Assembly (NCBI RefSeq): GCF_024521635.1
Contig: NW_026250434.1
Location: forward strand, 186,001-250,000
Direction of reading: 5' to 3'
Length of the DNA: 64,000 bases
Source: Tricharina praecox
Lineage: Eukaryota
Part shown: one piece after another, positions 39,810 to 51,914 of the stretch
How the letters are laid out: each line of letters starts with the position of its first letter
Position numbering within the stretch: position 1 is the first letter of the stretch
Made by a program: the position numbers and the translations under genes
Notes under the pieces: model-generated
The model's input: the letters and a program-made list of their open reading frames with translations, nothing else
Databases searched by the model: none
What the model was told of the DNA's origin: nothing

Positions 39810-40063
39810 GTTCGCATCAACTGGAGGCAGTGTAATACCAGTGACACAGTGGGAGGCGACATGCGCAAGCACAGCGGCCAGCTCCGCAACATTCAAAAAT
39901 AAGATTAATATTAGAACCGATATGTTATCGGATTTCAGATATTAAACTGAAAAGAACAGATACTACACTTGATCTAAGCCAAAAGGCTGTAGAAGGGAAA
40001 TTGTTAGCGGGATATTCGCTGATGTTGAATGTTGGGGGTAGAGATGACATACCAAAGAGAGCT
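39810..40063 (-). ncRNA. U2 snRNA: U2 spliceosomal snRNA, copy 2, with the identical 66-nt intron (39987-40052)
   Basis: Exact reverse complement of copy 1 (position sum 70417), including the TATA box at 40099-40106. Confidence 0.95.
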
Positions 40064-40520
40064 AAAGAGAAAAGAACAGGAGAGGGGCGGAACGGGGCTT
40101 TATATAGTTGTTGGAGGGGCACTAGCCTCGTCGGGCTCTTGCCGCTACTAGGGCTTAGGGCTACTCCAGTTAAGGTCTGTGCTTTTGTCTTGCCCTTCGG
40201 TAGTTGCTTGGCTGCTCCCGATAGTAACGTGATCTTCTGGCTGTCTTTCGGTCCCGACGATGTCGCCTTGTGCACTGTCCGAGGGGTCCTTTGCTCACTC
40301 ACAGCTGGTGTTTTTTTTGGTTTTGTTTCAACATAACACATTCGACCCTATGTATGTAGGTCGCGGCATCCAGTATGTACCTACGTATCTTATTTACTCC
40401 AGGTCTGAGTTCGGCACATTGCGGCCAGCTGCCCTCTTCCTCCACCCCCTTCGGGTACATAGATTATCACTCGCCGATGGACCGAACCGTTAGCGAATTG
40501 GTTGGGGAAATGGTGAAGCA

Positions 40521-40960
40521 AGAGAGAGCGGAGCTGAGGCGAGGAGGAGGAGGAGGAGGAGGGTGCTGAAGCCGATGGGGAGGAGGGCACTCAAGCTGAG
40601 GAGTCCAGCGACGCAGAATAGCGGTCCAGAAAGTTGCGGTGGAGGTGGGGTGACTCGAGGGTGCGGGAACGACTCGAGGGCGGGGGGACGACTCGAGGGC
40701 GAGTGCGGGTGCTCGGACGACTCGAGGGCGCGGGGACGAGTGCGGGCGCAGGGGCGACTCGAGGGCGCAGGGGCGTTTGCGGGTGCGCGGGAGCGATAAA
40801 TTTTCGGGAAAGGCCAGGACGGAGGGCAGGGAAAGCCACATCGGGCCGCCTGACGAAAGTTAGGTTTGGACAGTGGCGTGGAAACGGGGGGGTGAACGAG
40901 ATGATATTGCCATGATCTTGTTAGGTCGCATGCAATCAATGATTAAACGGAAAAAAAAAA
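40521..40960 (+). mobile_element. 5'-truncated non-LTR retroelement (SINE/LINE tail) with poly(A) and TSD
   Basis: A10 tail at 40951-40960. 15-bp TSD GGAAATGGTGAAGCA (40506-40520) / GGAAATGATGAAGCA (40961-40975). Five internal GACTCGAGGG repeats. Absent from the left arm. Confidence 0.8.
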
Positions 40961-42165
40961 GGAAATGATGAAGCATGTTCCCCATCATCCAACTCGGACG
41001 GCGCGCTGTCTCCCCTTGCCATCACCCAAGCTATTGACGATTTATTGACAATATGCATACCGAAAATGAGGGGATGCTCCATGCAGCGAGTGATATCCCG
41101 GTGACGCATTTCCGCTGCGCAGTGCTACTGTGGTACGTCTACTAGTAGCGAGCATTCGGTCGCATTAGATGCTAGCTATCCAGCACACCGAGTGACTCCG
41201 CCGCTTCTGACTATGTGCCCAGTCTCCATCGGCCCACACCGCTCGGGCGAGAGCCATCTATTCTCGTGAGCATGTCTTATTACCTACGGTATCACTCGGC
41301 TGCGTAGTCACGTGGAAGGTACCTACTGGTTCTGCGGAGTTCCTACGCTACTACCTATTAGCAGATGCCCTCCCCAATCGACTATTCTCTCCATATCCAC
41401 ATCCACGAGACCAGTTCTTGTACAGACACACATTAGGTGCACATGTAGAATAATGGCCGGATTTCGGGCGTACATACACGGTAGAGTACACGGTAGAGTA
41501 CCTACCCCGTCGATCGGATCCACTGATCTGCTTCGCCAATAGGTACTCCACTCTAGATACTCCACTCTGGGCACTATGTAGAGTAGATGCTCCCCCCTCG
41601 GTAATCTTGTCTTCAGGGATCCGCATGTACATAGAGTACATGGAGTATTGTACATGATCTCGCCCTCAAGTTTCGAGCATCACTTGCAATTGCCTGTCAT
41701 AGGTACTTACGTCAGAAATCCCCCACGACGACACGGCTAACCAGCATCGAAAGAAAGCTCCATAGCAACGGTACCTGCATGTGCCCGTGGTTGTGGAACC
41801 TTGGGCGCTGTTATCACGGTTGCAACACACAGCGGCATCGAGGGGCCCATCCCATCTGCAGCAGATGGAGAGAAGTGCGATGAATAAGTAGCTTTAGAAT
41901 ACACAGTCGACACCGGCCAACACCGGCCGACACCCGCCGACACGATGTACCTCCCGCCCCATCATTGATAAATGACGAGGAATAAATATACAGAGATGGG
42001 AAACGCAACCCAAGCCAAGCCAAACGAAGGGTAGAAAAAGGGAATCAATTACAAACGCCGTCCATCCATCCAGCCATCCAGCCATCCGGCCATCGTCCGT
42101 CAAGTTACCCCATGTATCTCATCTAAATATCTGCCTCCCGCGCGCGCGCCCAAACGAACGAACGC

Positions 42166-44906
42166 TTACGACCTCCTGCTCTTTGTGCTCTCAATCCTCT
42201 TTGCAGCCTCCGCCGCACTCGAGAGGCTGTCGTAGAACGTTCTGACCCTTTCGTGCGCCATCACCTTCTTCTCCTCGAACCCCAGCACTTGGAGACCCTC
42301 TTTGCAGGTAGCACGCGAGAGCGCAACGTACGCCTGTCCCTTCTCGAACGCTCTTCGGAGGTCCACCTTGACTCTCTCTAGTGTTTGGCCCTGAGCCTTG
42401 TGGATCGACAGCGCCCAGGCGAGGATGAGGGGAACCTGGTTTCGTGCAGCTTGGACCTCACCGTTGGGTAGCTCGATCTTCCACTGTTCGGGTTGGCAGA
42501 GGAGCTGCCGTGAGGTACCGTCCATCAGTGCGAACTGCACCAGGGGCCACAGCTGCGACGTGTCAACGGCACCAGGCAGCTTCTTTTGCTTCGAGGCAAT
42601 ATCAATTTCGCCGTCTTCCGTCATTATGTCGAACGTCTTTGCGCTCATGAAGCCCACCACACGACCGAGGGAGCCGTTGACGAGCGTATCGTCGACATTC
42701 TTGATGAGCATGACTTGAGAGTGTATCTTGAGTTCGATCGACATGGGAGCCATGCAGTTGCCGAGCAGTTTTGCACGGAACTTTGGATCCGTGACGGACC
42801 CGGTATCCATCGCTTGGAATCGCATTACCTCTCCGGGCAGACTGCGCATCTTCTGGTTGTTGGCAGTATCGACCTCGCTACGTGTGGAGAAGAGCTCTGT
42901 AGCTTGGATACCATCGTCGTACTGGATCGGTCGGGAGAGTTGCCGGAATGCATCAACGGTTTCCTTGCTCAACTTTCCCAGTCGCATCTCGTTGAGCATG
43001 CGAGCAAACTCCGGATCTCGCTGACGGAAGACTTGTGTCAAGCCGATAGTATGTGCGATGCAAGAATTCCACGTTTTTGCATCGAACGCAAAAGTGGCGA
43101 TCTTGCCGCTATCGGGAACCGGAGGTAATTGGAAGAAATCACCGGTGATGACCAACTGTATCCCACCGAAGGGCTGGCCGTTGTTCCGGATCTGTCTTGC
43201 GATTGCCTCTAGCTTGTCAAACAGATCTCCGTCCACCATGGAAATTTCGTCCATGATGAGAATCTTGGTCCGAATCCAGCGTGTCCGAGCTTTTTGGTTT
43301 TTCTTTATCTTCTTCACGAGATCGGCGACGGATTCCTTGCCGAGTCCGATGCCGGAAAAGCTGTGGAGAGTAACACCGCCGATGTTACACGCAGCGAGGC
43401 CGGTAGATGCCGTGACCGCAACCGCGTCCGAGTCCTTCTTGTGATTTCTCTTCAGCTCCAAGATGAGTTCCCTGAGCAAAACGGACTTTCCAGTTCCTGC
43501 AATCTCCAGTCAGTCACGATTCCAACATTCCGAGAGTTCACTGCAAAGTACACACCAGCGGATCCCGTAAAGAAGACGCTCTGCCTCGAGTTCATAACGA
43601 GATCAACCACCCGTTTCTGTTCCTCGCTCAAGAAAATATGCGCAACCTGCTCCTTGCCCTTCTTCGCCCTCTTGATGTCCTCCGGATCGCCTGTCGCCGT
43701 GGTGATCGACCGCTTCTGCTGATTCGCCGCATTCCGTTTCCTGGCTTCCTTCCTGCCCGCCTCAACATTGGAGAAGGAGTCATTCCACGGCATTACGCCG
43801 CTCGCAATCTTCCGTGTCCCGACCTTGCTGCTGCTGGTTTTCGGCGTCGTCACGATTTCCACCTTAGCCACCTTCGTCACTTGCTCCTCCACCGTCCACG
43901 GGAAAATGCGCGCCTTCTTCCTCTTCGGCTTCACCACCTCCTCTTCCTGTATTGGGGCCCTCGGCTTCGGCGACTCAAAATGTTCCGCCGGCGATGACGA
44001 CCACGGCAACGGCTGGCTGCTGCCGAAGAGGTCATTCCCGTGCTGCTGCAGCTGCAGCCGCGAATTCACTAGCGGCCTCGGTGCGAACTCGAGGCCCTCA
44101 AAGTCATCGTGGTGTACAGGCGCTGCTGGTGGGAGGAAGCTCTGCGGCGAGCTCTGATCTGTTTGCGGCGGGGGCGTGGGCAATGTAGCAGCGGCGGCGG
44201 TAAGCGAGGGGTAGATGATTGGCTCCGTTGTGTCAAAATCCAAGTCGCAATCGTCGTCGAAATCCGCCTCGTCGAAGTATACGGCGTCGTGCAGAGCTGA
44301 CATCCTGTCCTTCGGTGGCTCTTCGAACGATTGAAATGCTGGCGGAACGAGCTCCTGGAATGCAGACTGGCTGTTGAACACCGACGCGAGACCTCCTTGC
44401 TGGTGCTGGCTCAAAGAACGCTTTCGTGAAATCGACGAGTACGGGGATACGCTCGACGACGTCAGGGAGGGAGTGGTGCCGAGTGTCGGGTAGCTGACTG
44501 TGGAGGTGTGCGATGGTCCGAAGGCATCATTGCTGGAGGAGGGATTAGCCGGCCGCTTGACGAACGCGTTTGCTATCGTCTGCTGGGTCGTGGTTCTCGA
44601 AGAGGGCGAGGAGTGGAGAGGATTCGGCTTTAATTGGGTCGGTTTGCTTGACGAGACGGCACGCTGGAGCATGTTGTATCGCACGAACTGAGTGGAGATT
44701 GTAGGGTTGTTGGCAGCGACGGTGGTGGTTAATGTGGCGAGACGCGACCCAGGGGTTGATGGTGGGTGGGGTGGGTTCAGATAGTTGAGCGAGAGTATGG
44801 AGGAGTGGAATTGGCGTTGTTGTGGTCGTCGGGTTGTCGCGTTTGCGTATCGCAAGGTCAAGGCGCGCAGCACTTGTGACGTTTTGGGTAAATGAGGGCT
44901 GACCAT
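42166..44906 (-). CDS. PIF1: PIF1 family 5'-3' DNA helicase (intron 43497-43555)
   Basis: Walker A FFTGSAG|TGKS across the intron, [51 protein letters not shown]. In-frame ATGs at 44906 and 44672. Confidence 0.96.
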
Positions 44907-45757
44907 CCACCCACTCTTTATTTTCGACTTTTTTTTCTTTTTGCCCCTCTCCTCTGAATTAAGAAATGTAGGGTATGAGGGGAACGTTTGTGAGCAAAGG
45001 AACACACAAACCGAGATTGACTTCACTCTTCACGGGAGAAGAGCGCAAATGGGATCGAACGAAGGAACGAATGAGTGATTGGCTGGCTGGCGATGCGGCT
45101 CTCTAGATGAGCGTGGGGCAGCAAAAAAATAATCAGGTGGGACAAAATAGAGTGGAGAACGATCTCGCGGAGGGCCTTGTGTGCATATGTGGACGATATA
45201 CTAAGGGCTTAGGGTATCGAAGGCTGAAGGAAGACAACGAGGAAGGAGAAGAAGCGACAGGTGCAATGCGGACAGATATCGGGAGAGAGCTGGCTGGAGG
45301 TGGAGACTACTGAATGAACGTGTGATGAAGTGTGGCAGTTTGACTTGACAAATCCTTAATCGTGGTCTGGAGTACTAGTAGTTATGCCTAGAAGCAAAGA
45401 AAAGAAAAGAAGATGAAGAAAAGACTGCCATGCCCGCCAGCATCCATGCGTATGCTGAGCTAGGTATATAAGTTACATGCCATCAATGAAGAGTAAGCGG
45501 CGGGAAATAGAACAAACAAGCCAACACCAGGTCGAAAGAACAAACTCCTCCACGGCTTCCGGCCATGCAACTCATTATCATCAATCAGCACGCAACAAAC
45601 CAACCGGACCGCTAGAGAAAGGAACCCCCAAGAAAAAAGAGTCGAAGGAAAAAAGAACCTCGCACCAGAACTCCAAACCCCACAAGGAACACGAAACGCC
45701 CCAAACCAGCCTCAGCTCCTCAAACCAGCCCCAATTCCTCTCCCCTCGCTCCGCAGC

Positions 45758-46445
45758 TTACTTGTCCTTCTCTTTGTCCCCGCTACCCCCACCCGTCAGA
45801 ATCTCCCTAACCCTCGAGATCCTATCGACCGCCCTCTCCAGCACTCCTAACCGCTCCCTCTTGTCATTGTCCCTCTTCTCCAGCGTTGCCACCCGTTCCT
45901 CAAGTTTGCTCCTAGCCCTGCGCTCCTCGGCCACCATTTCGTTGGCGCTCTGGAACAAGCTCGCACTGAGATCTTCGAGCTCGGCGGTGACCTGCTGCAG
46001 CTGCTCTTCGGCCTTAATCCTCAGGCGGCGCTCCTTCGCCAACTCGGAAGCCGGCGATGCGTTGGTAGGCAAGATATCTGGTGGCGGCGACGGGGGAACG
46101 CTCCTTCTCAGCGCCGTCGTCGGAAACAGGAACGCACTGATGCGGTTCGCGGGGGATGGCGACCTCGGCCCGGGTTCTGGCGGCGCGAAGGACGGGGAAA
46201 TTGGTGGGCGTAGGAGTCGTAACTCGGACTCGTAGGCGTGGATCTTCGCGTCTGCCGGGGAAGGAGATTAGTGGGATCGCTCGAGAGGGTGGGGGCTAAG
46301 AGAGGGGGGTGCTACTTGCTATCGTCACCTTGTCGCTCAGGTAGGCTATTTGCTCTTCGAGGTCGTGGTTACGATGGGCATCGGATCCGCAGCTGAAACA
46401 TTTTGCGGGTGAGCGCGGTTCTGTTGGTGGTGTCGAGTTGGTCAT
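45758..46445 (-). CDS. Small Sec2-type Rab-GEF coiled-coil protein (intron ~46252-46315)
   Basis: ELEDLSASLFQSANEMVAEER matches the Sec2 GEF core. Two ORFs joined by an intron. Confidence 0.75.
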
Positions 46446-47035
46446 GGCACAACGGTTACCGCTATGGTGTTGTAGGAGCTGTAAAGGCTGTGATGGAGCT
46501 GGTGATGAGGAATGAATGGCTTGCAAAGGAGAGACTACGGTGAAGGGAGGGAAAACAAGAAGAAGGGGAGAAGTACGAGAGGGAGAAGAAGGTCGTAGAG
46601 CATTGCCGATCGTGAAACCTCGCGTCTGGTGTCTGATCAGGCGTTGGTGTGCCCCTGATCTTGACCTGAAATGCTGCAGGGCCGGGCGGGCGCTTCCCAC
46701 AATCTTAAGCTTATCATCACGAGGGGGGGTGTGCATCCATGCGTCTGCTCAATCACTTACAACGCGAGAGTTATTTTTGAAGTAACAGATTGAACGGGCC
46801 ACGTGCTCGAATACTCTATCGGGTACGCATACACCGGGAACGAAGAACCATTGCGCTTTAAAACGATGGAGACAGCACAGGATGTGTTCGCAGCATGAGA
46901 ATGACCGTGGGAGGCGCACGGTATCGAATTCTATTCGGAGCACCCATCGCCCAACAAGACACAAGACACAAGAAACACATCGCAAAAAACGCCCAACAAA
47001 GCCCTCAAGGTACACGCCCGAAGCCCAAGAAAACA

Positions 47036-47839
47036 CTATCCCCGACCTCTGAAGAACCTCCTCCTGCCTTGGCCTCCACCCTGGAATCCGCCCCGTCCGC
47101 TGCCACCTCCGCTGCCACCTCCGCCGCCAAACCTGCCACCCTCCTCCCACGCCGGAGGACCCCGCTCCTCCGGTTCCTCCCTCGGCCGCTTGACCGTCGG
47201 CAACGGCAGCGTCGCAGGACTAACCCACTTCGGATGCGCGCCCTCCTTGCAGCCCTTCCCACCGCCGACCGCACCAGCCACCGTGCTCCCATCAGGACAA
47301 AACCCGGCCAAAAAGAACTTACACATCAACGGCCTCCGCACATGTTTCCGCGCACACTTTGGACCGAGCTCGCAGAACCCATTGTCGTATCGCTGGCAGC
47401 GCGGGATCCGCGATTCCGGGTCGACGTGTAGGTACAGACACTCTTCGCCGTTGCTGCAGTACCCATTCCGCACGAAGAAATTGCACTCCGGCATCTTCCG
47501 GAGGTTGTACTCGTGCAGGAACTCGCAGCCCTCGCCCTTCTTGCATAGTGATCGCAGCCAGTGCTTGCACACTAGATTGTTGAACGACGAGGACGAGTTG
47601 TTGGTCGAGAGGAAGTGTTTATCGAGACAGCTGTTACCGAGCGGGCAGTGGCCCTGTAGGAACAGCGGACATGTCTTGCGCGTCGGGTCGAGGCCGAACC
47701 GGTATTCTTTGCGCAGGAAACTGTTGAAGGCGAAGCGGTCGACCGAGCGCGGGGTGGATGGCGGGCTGAGGATAATATCGGCGTAGCTGCTTGGGGGGGT
47801 GTAGGCGGCTGCGCCGGGGTGGATGTCGCTGTCCGTCAT
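47036..47839 (-). CDS. YTH1: mRNA 3'-end processing zinc-finger protein Yth1/CPSF4
   Basis: Five CCCH fingers, including VCKHWLRSLCKKGEGCEFLHEYNLRKMPEC and GFCELGPKCARKH. RGG-rich tail. Confidence 0.95.
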   Translation of the reverse strand: MTDSDIHPGAAAYTPPSSYADIILSPPSTPRSVDRFAFNSFLRKEYRFGLDPTRKTCPLFLQGHCPLGNSCLDKHFLSTNNSSSSFNNLVCKHWLRSLCKKGEGCEFLHEYNLRKMPECNFFVRNGYCSNGEECLYLHVDPESRIPRCQRYDNGFCELGPKCARKHVRRPLMCKFFLAGFCPDGSTVAGAVGGGKGCKEGAHPKWVSPATLPLPTVKRPREEPEERGPPAWEEGGRFGGGGGSGGGSGRGGFQGGGQGRRRFFRGRG

Positions 47840-48948
47840 GGTCGTTGTCTGGGGGTTGTCGCGTCGCAAGTAACTGGAGCTCGTGATGACGGTTCGAACT
47901 CTACTATAGATTGCGGCGTAGCAATGGCGCCAAGCATTTATACGCCTCCGCACTGTGGCTAGTGTTGGGTGATATTCCATGAACTTTTCAGCACTCTATC
48001 CAACGCACACTCATCACTCGGCCCCGGTCCATCAACCGCCAATTCCGGCATCGGATCTTTCAAGCATGCACAACCGCGCGGAAAGTCCGGGGTACCTAAA
48101 CTCCCATGCACGTCGCATATTGATTTTTCATATCGAGATTTCTGCATTCAGACACCATCCCCCGTTGATGGGAACGTCAACTACCATCTCCGTGAAACTT
48201 ACAACCGCCAGTCATGGTACTTGGGCGGTGGTTTCCGTGTCCCTTCGCTTGGTGGACTCATTTCAAATTCTAGAAGTATACTTCTGAGCTGGTGTCGGTG
48301 GTAAAGATACCTACAGCGTGAAACAGTGGTCAGACCATCACGATATTGTCATTTTGAACGCTATGCTACCATGGCTACATCTTATCCTTCACTGTGGGAT
48401 GGGTGTCCTTCACTGTGATATGGGGTGTAGATACTCCATCTCATGCTTTCCTGGCCATGAAATGCAGTGATTAGTGCTGAAGAGTTGGCTGCATCGCCGG
48501 AACCTCCCCTATGCATTTCCCGAAGTTCCACCAACTATACCAAACGAAAAGGTAGGATAAATGTCTGACCCCGCCTTTCACGCCACGATCTCATGATCGC
48601 ATCACTCTGGCTGACCGGAAAAGCATCGTGGAGATTCCGGCGGGGAAGCGGAGATTCGGAGTGAGCATGCGTGGCACCTACATACTGCCTACTGCAGGAA
48701 CAAAAAAACGTCAAACGTCAACATCCCTTCGCTTCGTCTCCCATCCCATGGTGCATTACCTACGGGATGGACGGGGGGGGGCAAGTAATCTCAAGGTCGT
48801 CCGCGTGGCCCATTCCCCTCCCCTCCCGTCTCGGCGAAACAATCAGCGAAGACCGAATGCATAGGGTATATAAGGTGGAGGTATTGGCCATCGGAGGTGC
48901 CTACCAACATCGCCATCAGCATCCAGAAGCTCGCAGACAGCATCCAAG

Positions 48949-49832
48949 ATGAAGCTCCTCTCCACTGCCCTCCTCTTCGCCGCCGTTATCGGCCAGGCTT
49001 CTGCTCACTGTACACCTCCCCCTTCTCCCCCACGCCATGAGTAGCCGCTGACGCCCAACCCCCAGACCGCTTCCTCAAGCTGATTGCCAACGGCGCCACC
49101 GGCGCCGAATACGCCAGCATCCGCACCAACACCAACGCCAACTCGCCCGTGACCGACGTGACCAGCGAAGACCTCCGCTGCAACGTGGGGGCTCTGGCGA
49201 GTGCTTCGAGCACCACGACGACCTCGGTGACCGCGGGCAGCACCATCGGCTTCGAAGCTGACATTGCCGTGTTCCACCCAGGAGTCTTCAACATCTACAT
49301 GGCGAAGGCGCCCAGCACCGCCGCGGCGTTCGACGGCAGCGGCTCAGTGTGGTTCAAGGTCTGGGAGGAGGGCCCAGCTAGCATCACTACCTCTGCCATC
49401 ACCTTCGATACTACTTCCACGCAGTTTAAGTTCACCGTGCCGAAGACACTGCCAGATGGAGAGTACCTCGTCAGGATCGAACACATTGCCCTGCATAGTG
49501 CGAGCACTTTCGGGGGCGCTCAGGTACGTACATAGCGTCAGCGTGGTTGGGGCGAGCGAGAGAGGCGGAGGGCGGGAGGCTAATGTGTCGTGTTGCTGGG
49601 CAGTTCTATATCTCCTGTGCGCAGATCAAGGTCACGGGCGGTGGCTCAGGCAGCCCAAGTCCCAAGGTCGCGATTCCAGGTGTATACACCGGCAACGAGC
49701 CCGGCATTCTGCTCAGCATCTGGTGGCCCATTCGTGAGTTTTTGCTTCCCTTCATTATACGCATGTTCAGCACTGACGACGGATGAAGCTACCACCTACA
49801 CCCAACCCGGCCCGGCAGTTTGGTCTGGTTAG
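48949..49832 (+). CDS. Secreted AA9 (GH61) lytic polysaccharide monooxygenase, 3 introns
   Basis: Signal peptide MKLLSTALLFAAVIGQASA followed by His1 (H|Y across intron 49010-49065), SPVTDVTSEDLRCN, second His in FHPG, GEYLVRIEHIALH, GAQFYISCAQ, PGPAVW. TATA near 48869. Confidence 0.95.
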
Positions 49833-51321
49833 ATGGAGAGAGGAGAGAAGGTGTACTATATGTGTTGCGTGTCAAATGGGTTCCGAGAGAACTAGCAATT
49901 CATTTTATGTTTATACTTTATTATCAAGCCATATGGAGCGTCGAAGCTCTTGCTATGTCGGTTGCCCGAATCGTTGGTGTCTGCTGTTGTGATTTCCAAG
50001 CTGTCTTGTGGGACTTCCAAGCTGCGCACGCAGTGATATACACCCAAGTATCGCAGGCTTCCAAGATGTTCCATCCTACGACGACAATTACCCATTCTTC
50101 TACCATCTCCTTCCCACAACATGCGGTAAATTGTTCACTAACATTCACTTTCTCACGAAAACTGACACTAGCTACCCAGCTGCAGACCGAAGATGCCGTG
50201 CAGGCGGCATCCAGTAACCTACAAGCCTGTATACACCGACTACCTAAGTAATTCCGCTCGTCGTAGTCAAAAATTTGCAACCGCAACCATTATCATTCCC
50301 TCCGTCCGCCTTATGTACTCAGCCAACAAAACCGCTCAGTATCAAGGAACTGCGTCATGCATTGTCAATCGGAATAACGGAAAGTACTGCCAGGTATCGA
50401 AGACGAGAATCTCCCGTCAACAAAATCCTTGTCAAACCAGCTACTACCTTTGTCTGGCAGAACAGTGGTGGATAACGAAGCGGTAACTGTTCACTTTGTG
50501 CACCTCTCGGCGCAGGAGTTGGGCTGTTTCAAACAGGCCACAGTCAGCTCGCGGAAATCTGTCTGACATGGATGAACTTCAGCGACAATTGCGACCGTTG
50601 TTGTTATTATGGTTATCCCGTCAGAACATATCAGAAGAATCGCTCGCTATCAGACGGAAACTACTGGACACACGCACTCTATGTCGCACTGCCGACCTCC
50701 ATCCACTGCAGTCGGTCGGGTCGGCGAATCACGTGCGTCGAGTGTGTCGAGCATCATTTATGTACAACGAACCGTCTCGCCGGCTAAGAGGATCTGGATC
50801 CGGATACTGCAGAGACACAAAAAAACACTGGGCAAACTGGCACCGGCCCCCTCCGTCCTTTAACCCGATGTCTCGGAAAAGCGTCGTTTCCGGATGCATG
50901 GACGAGGGGAGGATGGAGACGCGTTCGCACGAGTTCAGTTCTGGCTCGACGAAGCCCCCCCCACCGGACGAACGGTTGTATGTATGTCTTATGTACCTAA
51001 GCCGCCGTGGGGAATACGGTACCAGGAAATTGTGGAGAAATTGGGAAGATCCTTCATTTATGCATACCTCTACGATCATCATGTGATTGGACGAAACGAG
51101 ATGCTAGAGCAGGTTCGCGGCCTGTGGTTATTGTAGATCTGAGGCATACCTGTTTTTATGTCGTACACCTCCCTCAATGTACTTGTGTTTCATCATTCAT
51201 GGGAACCATCAATCCATCCAATTTTCAAACGGAAAAATATAATTCTGTAGAGTACATAGATCGTGATCTCATCACTACAGCCACCACTACCATCACCACT
51301 CTCCCAGCGACGAGCCAGCAA

Positions 51322-51914
51322 CTAAAACCTCGAGAAAGGCAGCCTACGCAGCGACAATATTAGCCACTACCCCGTCCCAACGCACGCCCTCAGAGCCATC
51401 AAACTCACCACTTGCCCCTCAGGGTAATAACCGCCCAAGTTCCATGCTCATCGACCTCCTTCTCGACCTTCGTGCTGAAGGAGATAGCACTCATGATGCC
51501 GTCACCAAACTTCTCATTGAGAACCGCCTTATAGGCCATTCCATAGTTCTGAACAATTTCGTACAGGCGGTAAACCAGGGGTTCCCTCGGGGGCATAGGT
51601 GTGAGGTGTCCCCTGTTTGGGAAGTCCTCTGCGAGCGGCTGCAGGAACGCCTCGGGTATGCCGAGGACGGAGGCGAGCGCGGTCACGTCTTCGGGCGACG
51701 CCCGCGACTGCCCGTAGAAGATCGCGGCGACCGCGACTTCGTCGCGTCCGAGCTTTGCTGATAGCTCCGCGAACGTGATGTTCAGCGACTTTTTGGCCGC
51801 GAACAAGGTGCTCGAGATCGCTGGGAGCGCGGGGTTAGTGGCCTGGCGTGGGGTTAGCTGCGTGCATAGCTGGAGAAGACAGGCGGATGGGGTGGCTACT
51901 TCGTAAGAGGTCAT
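51322..51914 (-). CDS. CYN1: Cyanate hydratase (cyanase)
   Basis: [59 protein letters not shown] after the final intron. Confidence 0.95.

Larger units (their letters stand above)
39561..41476 (-). repeat. Right arm of inverted duplication (partner 29265-30870), interrupted by a retroelement
   Basis: Reverse-complement match to the left arm, e.g. GAGTGATACCGTAGGTAATAAGACATGCTC at ~29392 vs ~41270-41298 and GGAACTCCGCAGAACCA at ~29349 vs ~41326-41343. Confidence 0.92.

Noticed and set aside
40651..40770. GACTCGAGGG repeats with variable spacers as a CRISPR-like array
   Set aside because: Eukaryotic context, 10-bp repeats, short mutually similar spacers, no cas genes; internal to a retroelement.
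29265..41476. Inverted arms as TIRs of a large transposon carrying the arrestin gene
   Set aside because: No transposase, no sharp termini or TSD, and identity peaks at the U2 genes rather than at the ends.
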